Below the pieces are notes generated by a model. It was given only the letters and a program-made list of their open reading frames with translations, did not search any database and was not told where the DNA came from. Shown here piece after piece: positions 28,312 to 36,667 of a stretch of 64,000 bases of DNA (positions are counted from its first letter, which is position 1; every line of letters begins with the position of its first letter). The DNA is from Candidatus Omnitrophota bacterium (GTDB taxonomy: Bacteria > Omnitrophota > Gorgyraeia > Zapsychrales > JAKLDJ01), in assembly GCA_022703585.1 (NCBI GenBank), contig JAKLDJ010000007.1:25338-89337 (forward strand), given 5' to 3'. The position numbers and the translations under genes were made by a program.

Positions 28312-28683
28312 ATGAAAATACTTAATCTTGCTCTCAATGATGTAGAAAACGGCAGCATCTACAAGTATATTGCAGAAGATTCAGATGATATCGAAATCGC
28401 TCTTATTCATACCGATAATATTGAAGAAAGTTCTGGTTCCTATTTGATTACTGGTGAGGTTACCTTAGCCGATGGGAGTAGGTATCCTGCTATTTTCGGA
28501 ATAAATTCCGATGATGGCGGTGAAATGTCTGAGTTTTATTTTCTAGTCGATTCTGATGGATGGGTCTCAAGCAGTGATAACCTTGAAGAATTATTAAGAA
28601 AGAAGAAGGAAGAAGTTTTTCCTTTCAGATATCATTTAAATATTAAAGTTGAAGGTGACTTGCATACTGAAAATCAATATTAG
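28312..28683 (+). CDS. Hypothetical acidic protein (123 aa)
   Basis: The ORF has a start and is very acidic (many D/E). No recognisable domain. AT-rich. Confidence 0.45.
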   Translation: MKILNLALNDVENGSIYKYIAEDSDDIEIALIHTDNIEESSGSYLITGEVTLADGSRYPAIFGINSDDGGEMSEFYFLVDSDGWVSSSDNLEELLRKKKEEVFPFRYHLNIKVEGDLHTENQY

Positions 28684-28703
28684 CGGGAAAGAAGGGGACG
28701 GGT

Positions 28704-28790
28704 TAGCGAATAGTGAATAGTCAATGGTGAATGGTTAATGGTGAATGGTGAATAGTTAATAGTGAATAGCGGATAGCGGATAGTAAAGCG
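28704..28790. repeat. Tandem heptanucleotide repeat (consensus TGAATRG, about 12 units)
   Basis: Reads gcgaatag tgaatag tcaatgg tgaatgg ttaatgg tgaatgg tgaatag ttaatag tgaatag cggatag cggatag. Confidence 0.8.
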
Positions 28791-28811
28791 GCCTAGCGTC
28801 ATTCGCGGCCC

Positions 28812-28840
28812 TTGAGTTTCTTAAAAAATTGAAGTATAAT
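28812..28840 (+). promoter_or_regulatory. Candidate sigma70 promoter for the ORF6N gene (TTGAGT, 17-nt spacer, TATAAT)
   Basis: Reads cTTGAGTttcttaaaaaattgaagTATAAT, followed by a CCAAC-rich leader. Confidence 0.4.
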
Positions 28841-28946
28841 TTCTTCTAACCTTCCAATTCGAATTATCCTCACATTCCAACTCACAGTCATCTCCTAACT
28901 TTCAGTCCACTTTCCAACTTCAAAAATTTCAAGGAAAGGAAATTTC

Positions 28947-29471
28947 ATGAAAAAAAGCACCGCTTTGGAAGTTGTCGAGCAAAAGATTTTCTTGATCCGG
29001 GGTCAGAAAGTCATGATCGACCTACATTTGGCCGAGCTTTACGATGTTCGGACAAAAGTCCTTGTCCAAGCCGTCAAGCGAAACAAAAGAAGGTTTCCTA
29101 AGGATTTTATGTTTCAACTGACCGATCAAGAATTTGAGAGTTTGAGGTCACAATTTGTGACCTCAAACCGCGGTGGAAGACGGTACCGGCCGTATGCCTT
29201 TACGGAACAGGGTGTCGCGATGCTTTCAAGCGTTCTCAACGGCGAGAGGGCTGTTCAAGTCAATATTGTCATTATGAGGGTTTTTGTCAAATTGAGAGGA
29301 ATTTTATTTGCTCATAAAGAACTTGAGCAAAAACTGAACGCGCTTGAGCAAAAAGTCGAAAGTCACGACGCCCATATCCAGGGGATCTTTGATGTTATCC
29401 GTAAATTGATGGCAGCACCTGTTGAGAAACCAAAACAGAGAATCGGGTTTCATCCGTCCCCTTCCGGCTAA
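28947..29471 (+). CDS. ORF6N-domain protein (KilA-N-like, phage antirepressor-associated DNA-binding domain)
   Basis: IRGQKVMIDLHLAELYDVRTKVLVQAVKRNKRRFPKDFMFQLT...SQFVTSNRGGRRYRPYAFTEQGVAMLSSVL matches the ORF6N domain consensus. Confidence 0.8.
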   Translation: MKKSTALEVVEQKIFLIRGQKVMIDLHLAELYDVRTKVLVQAVKRNKRRFPKDFMFQLTDQEFESLRSQFVTSNRGGRRYRPYAFTEQGVAMLSSVLNGERAVQVNIVIMRVFVKLRGILFAHKELEQKLNALEQKVESHDAHIQGIFDVIRKLMAAPVEKPKQRIGFHPSPSG

Positions 29472-29472
29472 T

Positions 29473-29515
29473 CGGGAATTTGAGAATTTGAGGTGACAAT
29501 TTGACACCTCAAAAA
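29473..29515. repeat. Downstream duplicate of an internal ~40-nt segment of the ORF6N gene
   Basis: gaatttgagaatttgaggtgacaatttgacacctcaaa (after the stop) versus gaatttgagagtttgaggtcacaatttgtgacctcaaacc inside the CDS (about 29127-29168). The internal copy contains the perfect palindrome tttgaggtcacaa t ttgtgacctcaaa. Confidence 0.7.
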
Positions 29516-29523
29516 AGGAGTAG

Positions 29524-29567
29524 GAGGGGCGCAAGCCCCGCTTTTTCAGGCGGGGCTTGCGCCCCTC
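29524..29567 (+). terminator. Strong hairpin after the ORF6N gene (terminator-like)
   Basis: gaggggcgcaagccccgc tttttcag gcggggcttgcgcccctc: 18-bp perfect stem followed by a T-rich stretch. Confidence 0.6.
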
Positions 29568-29585
29568 GGTTTACTTTTCCCGCCA

Positions 29586-29678
29586 CCCCCGTTGCAGGGA
29601 AGCGCAACGGGGATAAGCGGCGGGACGATTCCGGCCAACGACTTACGTTCTTCGTTTCGCTCATCCGTAAGTCGTGGC
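29586..29678 (+). other. Two further stable hairpins ahead of the mbh promoter
   Basis: ccccgttgc agggaagc gcaacgggg (9 bp) and ggccaacgacttacg ... cgtaagtcgtggcc (about 15 bp). Confidence 0.55.
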
Positions 29679-29711
29679 CTCATCGAAGTTGCGGCCTCGT
29701 TTAATTTTAAT

Positions 29712-29739
29712 TTGACAAAATAAAAAATAACGCTACAAT
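29712..29739 (+). promoter_or_regulatory. Candidate sigma70 promoter for the mbh/mrp operon (TTGACA, 16-nt spacer, TACAAT)
   Basis: Reads tTTGACAaaataaaaaataacgcTACAATaag. Confidence 0.45.
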
Positions 29740-29820
29740 AAGTTTCTCAAATCAGAAATCGAACAAGCGAATGCCTTCGGAATACAGGCTGAAGGCATTT
29801 TTTAACATTAGGGGTAGCAC

Positions 29821-31266
29821 GTGTCCAACCAACAAATCCTGCTTTCGGTTATCTTCGTTCCAACCTTGGGCGCTTTCCTTTTACCTATCCTGGAGCGGGT
29901 GTCAGCCGGGTTACGCAACTGGTCGGCGCTTGTTTTTGTCCTGGTTTCGGTTGCCGGCTCTTCTTTGCTCGCACCTTTAGCCCTGAAGGGACAAGCTGTA
30001 AGTGTAAGCCACGCATTGCCTTTGGGATTTAACTTCGTCTTTACCGCGGACGGCCTGGCGGTATTTATGGCGCTGGTGTCATCATTCATCAGCGCGGTTA
30101 TCGTCCTTTATTCCTTCGGTTATATAAGCCACTATGAGAATCAAAACGAGTATTATCTCATGGTGGTTTTGTTTTTAGGCTCCATGATGGGGCTGGTTTT
30201 TTCGGGAAATCTCATCTTCCTTTATCTGTTTTGGGAAATCACGGCCATCACCAGCTGGCGGTTGATCGGATTCTTTAGAGAGAAAAATGACGTCTTTCGA
30301 GCCGACAAATCGTTTTTGGTCACGGCCTTCGGTGCTTTGTCCATGCTTTTGGGCTTTTTAATGATCTACCAGCAGTCCGGCTCATTTGACCTGTCGGTTA
30401 TTAAGGAAACGTTTAGGTTTAATCCGCTATCCAATACCGCGATATTTTTAATCCTTATCGGAATATTCTCTAAATCAGCCACCTTGCCGTTCCATACCTG
30501 GCTTCCGGATGCAGGGGTAGCTCCGTCGCCGGTAACCGCGCTACTGCACGCGGCGGTTCTGGTAAAGATTGGCGTCTATGTCTTTGCCCGGCTTTTTGTG
30601 GTCAATCTTTCGCTGGGCGAATTCTGGCATGTAGCGGTACCGGTTATTGCGGGCGCCAGCGCGCTTGTTTCAGCCGGGGCAGCACTTATTGACACCAATT
30701 TAAAAAGAATTATTGCCTATTCGACCATCAGTCAAATAGGTTTTATTTTTCTTGGCCTCGCCATCGGAAACGAAATGGCGGTTGCCGGCGGGCTTTTGTA
30801 TATCTTGATGCACGGCCTGGCCAAGGGCGGGTTGTTCTTGTGCGCCGGTATCATTGAGCAGAACACCAAGACAAAAGACATTACTAAAATGGGCGGCCTG
30901 ATCGCGACCATGCCGGTCACGGCGATCGCATTTTTATTCTGCGCGTTTTCGGTCATGGGCATACCGCCGTTTGGCGGATTCTTTAGCAAATTTATGGTTA
31001 TTGTGGGAACGTTACAGGCCGGTCATGTATGGATCGCGCTTATTTTTATTCTGGGCGCTTTTTTGACTATCCTTTATCTTTTTAGAGCCTTTAACATGAT
31101 CTTCTTAGGCGAACTTAAAACTCCGGGCGTAAGGGAAGGCTCAGCCGTTATGGTTTTTAGCGTGGCGCTGTTGGCATTTCTTTCGCTGGCAGGCGGCATT
31201 TTTATCCGGTATCCGAATGAATTCGTAGGGCTGGTTTTGCAGCCCATATTTGGGATGGTGCGGTAA
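29821..31266 (+). CDS. MrpD/NuoN-like antiporter-type membrane subunit (MbhH-like), GTG start
   Basis: 481 aa, NADH dehydrogenase L/M/N family (…LPFHTWLPDA…). Confidence 0.8.
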   Translation: MSNQQILLSVIFVPTLGAFLLPILERVSAGLRNWSALVFVLVSVAGSSLLAPLALKGQAVSVSHALPLGFNFVFTADGLAVFMALVSSFISAVIVLYSFGYISHYENQNEYYLMVVLFLGSMMGLVFSGNLIFLYLFWEITAITSWRLIGFFREKNDVFRADKSFLVTAFGALSMLLGFLMIYQQSGSFDLSVIKETFRFNPLSNTAIFLILIGIFSKSATLPFHTWLPDAGVAPSPVTALLHAAVLVKIGVYVFARLFVVNLSLGEFWHVAVPVIAGASALVSAGAALIDTNLKRIIAYSTISQIGFIFLGLAIGNEMAVAGGLLYILMHGLAKGGLFLCAGIIEQNTKTKDITKMGGLIATMPVTAIAFLFCAFSVMGIPPFGGFFSKFMVIVGTLQAGHVWIALIFILGAFLTILYLFRAFNMIFLGELKTPGVREGSAVMVFSVALLAFLSLAGGIFIRYPNEFVGLVLQPIFGMVR

Positions 31267-33092
31267 TGGATAATATTTTACTTCTTCCTATATTAGTCCC
31301 GGCGGTTTCGGGGATCCTGATGCTGCTGATAAGGAAGACGCGCGGCATTAAAGAAATCGCTACGTTCTTTGTGGCGACGGCTAATCTCCTGATTGCGGTT
31401 ATGCTGTTTAGGAAGGAGCTTGACTTTACGCTGCCGTGGGCGGGTTTTGGCATGGAATTTTCGCTCCGGCTTTATCACTTTAGCTCGTTTATTCTTTTGG
31501 CCACGGGGTTTTTCGGATTTCTAATCGCGCTTTACTGCACGACCTTTATGCGCGAAAAAGGCGCCCTCAATCAATTCTATAGTTACTTATTGATTTCGAT
31601 TGCTTTGGTTAACGGCGCGGTGTTATCCGACAATCTGGTTTTGATGCTCTTTTTCTGGGAAGGGCTGTTGGTGACGCTCTTTGGAATGATCTTTATTGGC
31701 GGCAAGGATTCGTTTAGAACCGCGACCAAGGCTTTTATCATTGTCGGGATATCGGATCTGTGCATGATGGTGGGGATCGGCATTACCGCGCATTTGGCCG
31801 GAACTTTAACAATTTCAAAAATCAATCTTCCCGTGGACGCGCTGGGAAGTGTGGCGTTTGTGCTGCTCATGATCGGCGCGATTTCAAAAGCCGGGGCCAT
31901 GCCGTTTCACAGCTGGATTCCCGACGCAGCCAAGGACGCGCCGCTTCCTTTTATGGCGTTTTTGCCGGCGGCTTTGGAAAAATTATTGGGAATTTATTTT
32001 CTGGCCAGGATCTCACTGGATATGTTTAAACTGGACGCCTCGTCATGGTTAAGCCCGCTTTTGATGATCATCGGTTGTATCACGATCCTCTTGGCGGTTA
32101 TGATGGCCCTTATTCAAAAAGATTATAAAAAGCTTCTTTCCTATCACGCCATCAGCCAAGTCGGCTACATGATTTTAGGGATCGGGACCTGCGTTCCCGT
32201 CGGAATCGTCGGCGGGCTGTTTCATATGATTAACCACGCGCTTTATAAGTGCTGCCTGTTTTTATCCGGCGGTTCGGTGGAAAAGCAAGCCGGGACAACG
32301 GATCTTGAAAAATTAGGCGGCCTGGGAATTAAAATGCCGGTAACCTTCGGCTGTTTTATCGTTGCCGCGGCATCCATCTCCGGCGTGCCGCCTTTTAACG
32401 GATTTTTTTCCAAAGAGCTGATCTATGACGGGGCGCTGGAACGGGGTTGGATTTTTTACGCGATGGCGGTGGCGGGGTCATTTTTTACCGCGGCGTCATT
32501 CTTGAAATTAGGCCACGCGGCATTTTTGGGAAAAATAAACGATGCCAACAAAAGTGTTAAAGAGGCGTCCTGGCCGATGCTGATTCCGATGGTGATGATC
32601 GCGTCTTTGTGCGTTCTTTTTGGTTTATATAATGCCTTGCCTTTGAATAATCTGATTCAGCCGATTTTGGGCGAGCATAGGCTTGAAGGCCACAACTTTT
32701 CCGGAATGCCCACAAACGCATTTTTGGTTATTATGACCGTTCTGGTCTTGGCCGCCGCGCTTTTAAATCATTATCTCGGATTTAAAAAGCAGGGAAGCGG
32801 TATTAAAGCGGTTGACCATATTCACTACGCCCCGGTTTTGCATCCGATTTATGACCGGGCGGAAAAAAGATTTTTTGACCCCTTTGATATTGGAATGAGA
32901 GTGGCAGGCTGGGCGGCCAAGATGATCTGGTATGTTGACCGCGTTATCGATTGGCTGTATGACGGTTTCTCGGTGGGGATGACCTACGCGCTTTCTATCG
33001 GTATCCGACGGGCGCATACGGGAAATTATTCGGTGTATATTATCTGGTCGCTGGTAGGTCTCATGGTTATTATCTTTCTTGCGGTGAGGTAA
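31266..33092 (+). CDS. MrpA/MrpD-like antiporter-type membrane subunit (608 aa)
   Basis: Proton-pumping Mrp/Nuo L-M-N family (…MPFHSWIPDAA…). Start codon overlaps the upstream stop. Confidence 0.8.
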   Translation: MDNILLLPILVPAVSGILMLLIRKTRGIKEIATFFVATANLLIAVMLFRKELDFTLPWAGFGMEFSLRLYHFSSFILLATGFFGFLIALYCTTFMREKGALNQFYSYLLISIALVNGAVLSDNLVLMLFFWEGLLVTLFGMIFIGGKDSFRTATKAFIIVGISDLCMMVGIGITAHLAGTLTISKINLPVDALGSVAFVLLMIGAISKAGAMPFHSWIPDAAKDAPLPFMAFLPAALEKLLGIYFLARISLDMFKLDASSWLSPLLMIIGCITILLAVMMALIQKDYKKLLSYHAISQVGYMILGIGTCVPVGIVGGLFHMINHALYKCCLFLSGGSVEKQAGTTDLEKLGGLGIKMPVTFGCFIVAAASISGVPPFNGFFSKELIYDGALERGWIFYAMAVAGSFFTAASFLKLGHAAFLGKINDANKSVKEASWPMLIPMVMIASLCVLFGLYNALPLNNLIQPILGEHRLEGHNFSGMPTNAFLVIMTVLVLAAALLNHYLGFKKQGSGIKAVDHIHYAPVLHPIYDRAEKRFFDPFDIGMRVAGWAAKMIWYVDRVIDWLYDGFSVGMTYALSIGIRRAHTGNYSVYIIWSLVGLMVIIFLAVR

Positions 33093-33097
33093 AAGAA

Positions 33098-34528
33098 GTG
33101 CTTCCTTTATTTATACTGGTTCCGTTATTTTGCTTGATACTGCTGAACGTGCCGCCCAAGGCAATCGTGAAGCGGCCGGCCTTTTGGCTGGTGGCGGCAT
33201 TGCCTTTGGTGCAGGTATTTTTGACGGCCTTTCATCCTGTGGCGGTGTGGGATGAGATCCGCAATCCCTTTAATTCGTATTTTATTTTTAATCTTTCGGT
33301 TGACGCGTTAAGCACCGTGCTCTTATTATCCATCGGAATCGTCGTTTTTATCGCGGCGCTGGTGGGCCGTTATACCCTGTCGGGCGAAACCCAGAGGTTT
33401 AATTTCTTTAATCTTCTGCTGGTTGCGTTTCTGGGAATGAATGCAACCGTGATGGTTCAGGATATTTTTGCGCTGTATGTTTTTATCGAAGTGACCGCGG
33501 TGGCATCATTTATTTTGATCGCGATGCAAAAAGACAAACCGGCGCTCGAGGGTGCCTTTAAATACATTATCCTTTCGGTGGTAGCGACGGTATTGATGCT
33601 GTCATCGATCGCGTTGATTGTTATGGCGGCCGGAGATACCTCGTTTGCCGCGGTTTCGTCTGCTATCCGGGCGTATCCGGCCAGTGTTTTGGTCAAGGTC
33701 GCGGTTAATCTATTTTTGTGCGGTTTGTTTATCAAGGCGGGAATTGTTCCCTTTCACGGCTGGTTGCCGGACGCGTATTCGGCGGCACCGTCGTCGGTCT
33801 CGGTCTTGTTGGCCGGCATTATTACCAAGGTCTCGGGCGTATACGTACTGATACGAATGGTGGTGACTGTTTTCGGGATTGAGCAGTCGCCGCAGGCGGT
33901 GTTGATGTTTGTCGGTGCTTTATCGATTGTGGCCGGCGCGTTGGCGGCTATAGGACAAAGCGATTTTAAAAGAATGCTCGCCTATTCCAGCGTCAGCCAG
34001 GTGGGATATATTATTTTAGGTTTAGGTTGCGGCACGCCGTTGGCGCTGGCGGGCGCGGTATTTCATTTATTTAATCACGCGCTTTTTAAGACTCTTTTGT
34101 TCGTTAATGCCGCCGCGGTTCAGGAAAAACTGGGAACTGTGGATATGAATAAGATGTCGGGGTTATCGGTCAAGATGCCGGTGACCGGCGCCACAAGCGT
34201 GGTCGCGCTTTTATCGACGGCAGGAATTCCGCCCTTGTCCGGATTTTGGAGCAAGCTGATTATTGCTATGGCCCTTTGGCAGTCGGGTCAATATGCGTAT
34301 ACTATTATTGCAGTCCTCGCGAGCGTTTTAACTTTGGCTTATTTTCTTTCGATGCAGCGAAGGGTTTTCTTTGGGAAATTGCAGGAAGGGCTGGAAAATT
34401 TAACCGAGGCCAGGCTGGGGCTGATTCTGCCGGCGATTATCTTAGCGGTGGTCACGGTCGGGGTGGGGTTAGCTTTTCCGATCGTCTTGGATAAATTAAT
34501 TTTACCTGTACAAAACATTCTTAAATAA
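33098..34528 (+). CDS. Third MrpD/NuoM-like antiporter-type membrane subunit (476 aa)
   Basis: Same family (…VPFHGWLPDAY…). Confidence 0.8.
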   Translation: MLPLFILVPLFCLILLNVPPKAIVKRPAFWLVAALPLVQVFLTAFHPVAVWDEIRNPFNSYFIFNLSVDALSTVLLLSIGIVVFIAALVGRYTLSGETQRFNFFNLLLVAFLGMNATVMVQDIFALYVFIEVTAVASFILIAMQKDKPALEGAFKYIILSVVATVLMLSSIALIVMAAGDTSFAAVSSAIRAYPASVLVKVAVNLFLCGLFIKAGIVPFHGWLPDAYSAAPSSVSVLLAGIITKVSGVYVLIRMVVTVFGIEQSPQAVLMFVGALSIVAGALAAIGQSDFKRMLAYSSVSQVGYIILGLGCGTPLALAGAVFHLFNHALFKTLLFVNAAAVQEKLGTVDMNKMSGLSVKMPVTGATSVVALLSTAGIPPLSGFWSKLIIAMALWQSGQYAYTIIAVLASVLTLAYFLSMQRRVFFGKLQEGLENLTEARLGLILPAIILAVVTVGVGLAFPIVLDKLILPVQNILK

Positions 34529-34529
34529 T

Positions 34530-35015
34530 ATGGCGATAAACTTTATTCTAGTGGTTGCATTACTTTTGGCTGCTCTCTGGACGGTAATGACCGCCCGGCT
34601 TATTCGTTCGGCCTTTGGGCTTGCCTTGACCAGTGCGGTTTTGGCGATCCTTCTTTTTAGATTGGATTCTCCCATGGCAGCGGTGTTTGAGCTTTCGGTA
34701 TGCGCGGGGTTAATCCCGGTTATTTTTGTTACCACCATCAGTTTGACCCATCGGTTAAGCCAGGACGCATTTCAAATCAGGCAAAAAGAACGATGGGGAA
34801 AATACTGGTATCTTTTGGTGATCGTTGTCCTGGTGGGGGTTTTATTAAGCCGGCGGGCTTTGTTACCGGATGTGCCGTTGCCGGTAGTAACGCATCCAAC
34901 GGATGTCCGTATTGTTATGTGGAATATGCATCATGTGGATCTGTTGGGCCAGGTGGCGGTTATTTTGGCCGGTGTTTTTGGCGTGGTTATTCTATTTAAG
35001 GAAGTTAAAAAATGA
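34530..35015 (+). CDS. MrpB/MnhB-like small membrane subunit
   Basis: 161 aa, 4-5 TM, MnhB-domain-like (…TVMTARLIRSAFGLALTSAVLAILLF…). Confidence 0.65.
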   Translation: MAINFILVVALLLAALWTVMTARLIRSAFGLALTSAVLAILLFRLDSPMAAVFELSVCAGLIPVIFVTTISLTHRLSQDAFQIRQKERWGKYWYLLVIVVLVGVLLSRRALLPDVPLPVVTHPTDVRIVMWNMHHVDLLGQVAVILAGVFGVVILFKEVKK

Positions 35016-35332
35016 GCCCTGATTTGACCCAAGTATTTTGGCCCTTTAGTGCTGCGGCTATTCTTTTGTTTGTGATGGGGACCTATTACGTGCTGGTCAC
35101 ATTTAATCTTATTCGCGCTTTAATCGGCGTCGAGATTTTAATTAAAGGCGCAACTCTTTTGATTATTCTTGCCGGTTACGTGACCGGCAATACCGGCTTG
35201 ACCCAGGCTTTGGTTATCACCCTGATTGTGATCGAGGTCGTGATCATGGTGGTAGCGGGCGGGGTGATCTTATGCGTGTACCGGAATAATAAGTCGATCG
35301 ATGTTCGCGAATTACGGAGTTTGAAAGGTTAA
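35012..35332 (+). CDS. NuoK/MrpC-like (MbhG-like) small membrane subunit
   Basis: 106 aa, 3 TM, NuoK/MnhC pattern (LIGVEILIKGATLLIILAGY). Confidence 0.7.
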   Translation: MSPDLTQVFWPFSAAAILLFVMGTYYVLVTFNLIRALIGVEILIKGATLLIILAGYVTGNTGLTQALVITLIVIEVVIMVVAGGVILCVYRNNKSIDVRELRSLKG

Positions 35333-35335
35333 AAG

Positions 35336-35671
35336 ATGCCCGAGAAAATATTTCTAACGCCGCCGGTCGCTTTTATCGTGGTGTTATTGGTGATCGCCTC
35401 GTTGTCGTATCTTTTTTCGAAGCTTTCTTTTCGCGACCCGAAACACGGCAAAGACGAAAGAAAACCGTATGCCTGCGGGGAAGATTTTGACGGCAGCATG
35501 ATCCAGCCGGATTACAGCCAGTTTTTTCCTTTTGCCTTTTTCTTTACGATTCTCCACGTGGTGGCGTTGATGATCACCACCGTTCCGGCCGGGGTCTCCG
35601 GGACATTGGCCATGGCGGTGATTTATATCATCAGTGCCGTGGTCGGTTTATTCATTCTATTGGGAAAGTAG
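35336..35671 (+). CDS. NuoA/MbhI-like small membrane subunit
   Basis: 111 aa; the KPYACGED motif resembles the NuoA PYECG motif between TM helices. Confidence 0.55.
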   Translation: MPEKIFLTPPVAFIVVLLVIASLSYLFSKLSFRDPKHGKDERKPYACGEDFDGSMIQPDYSQFFPFAFFFTILHVVALMITTVPAGVSGTLAMAVIYIISAVVGLFILLGK

Positions 35672-35677
35672 GGGACG

Positions 35678-36172
35678 ATGAGTATTCTAAAAAAAATAAT
35701 CAGATGGGCCAGGATCAAGTCACCCTGGATCATTCATTTTAATACGGGGGCGTGCAATGCCTGCGATATCGAGATCGTGGCTGCGCTTACTCCCCGCTAT
35801 GACCTGGAACGTTTTGGAGTTATTATAAAAGGGACTCCGCGGCACGCGGATGTGCTGGTCTGTTCCGGGCCGGTGACGCTCCAGACGCAGGACAGGCTGC
35901 TAAGGATCTATGAACAGATGCCGGAGCCGAAGTTTGTGGTGGCGGTTGGAACCTGCGCCTGCAGCGGCGGGGTTTTCCAGGGTTGTTACAGCGTTCGGGC
36001 GGGCATTGATTCTATTTTGCCGGTTTCGGTTTTTATCCCGGGTTGCCCGGCAAGCCCCAAGGCCATTATTGACGGGGTAGTTAAATTGCTGGATAGCCTG
36101 GAAGATAAACCCAAGAAAGAAATGGCCCCGGTGCTTCCTAAAAAAGAATTAGCCCAGGGCAATGCTACATAA
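35678..36172 (+). CDS. mbhJ: [NiFe]-hydrogenase small subunit / NuoB-like (MbhJ-like) protein
   Basis: Cysteines in GACNACDIE, VGTCACSGG and IPGCPASP, i.e. the NuoB/MbhJ Fe-S ligand pattern. Confidence 0.85.
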   Translation: MSILKKIIRWARIKSPWIIHFNTGACNACDIEIVAALTPRYDLERFGVIIKGTPRHADVLVCSGPVTLQTQDRLLRIYEQMPEPKFVVAVGTCACSGGVFQGCYSVRAGIDSILPVSVFIPGCPASPKAIIDGVVKLLDSLEDKPKKEMAPVLPKKELAQGNAT

Positions 36173-36178
36173 TAAAAG

Positions 36179-36667
36179 GTGTTCGTGATGACCGAAGAAC
36201 AGATTAAACAACAAATAGAGCATCAATTCGGCTACCTAAAAGATGCCGTGGTGATCAAACGGGCAAGGCGCCTGTGGCTGGATGTGCCGATGGATAAATT
36301 TGAAGAAGTTTTTGTTTATTTGACTGAAGCGATGCCCCTGGTGAGGCTGTTAACTATTACCGGCATGGATGAGGGGACGACGTTTGGAATCATCTATCAT
36401 CTGGCGGCAGAGAGCGGAATTATTTTGAATTTAAGAATTCACATCCCGCGCGAGAATCCCGCTATCCAATCAATGACGTCAAAATTCTCGTGTGCGGATA
36501 TTTACGAACGGGAGATTAAGGATTTACTGGGGATCCAGGTGCTGGGTTTGCCCGAGGGCCGTCGGTATCCCTTGACGGACAATTGGCCCGACGGAGAATA
36601 TCCGTTACGCAAAGATTGGAAGGGTTTAAGCACCGAAAAGAAGGGGGGAACTTTAAATGCCCAATAA
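36179..36667 (+). CDS. mbhK: NuoC-like (MbhK-like) subunit
   Basis: 162 aa with a 30-kDa-subunit fold (…SCADIYEREIKDLLGIQVLGLPEGRRYPL…). The true start may be the internal MTEEQ. Confidence 0.8.
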   Translation: MFVMTEEQIKQQIEHQFGYLKDAVVIKRARRLWLDVPMDKFEEVFVYLTEAMPLVRLLTITGMDEGTTFGIIYHLAAESGIILNLRIHIPRENPAIQSMTSKFSCADIYEREIKDLLGIQVLGLPEGRRYPLTDNWPDGEYPLRKDWKGLSTEKKGGTLNAQ

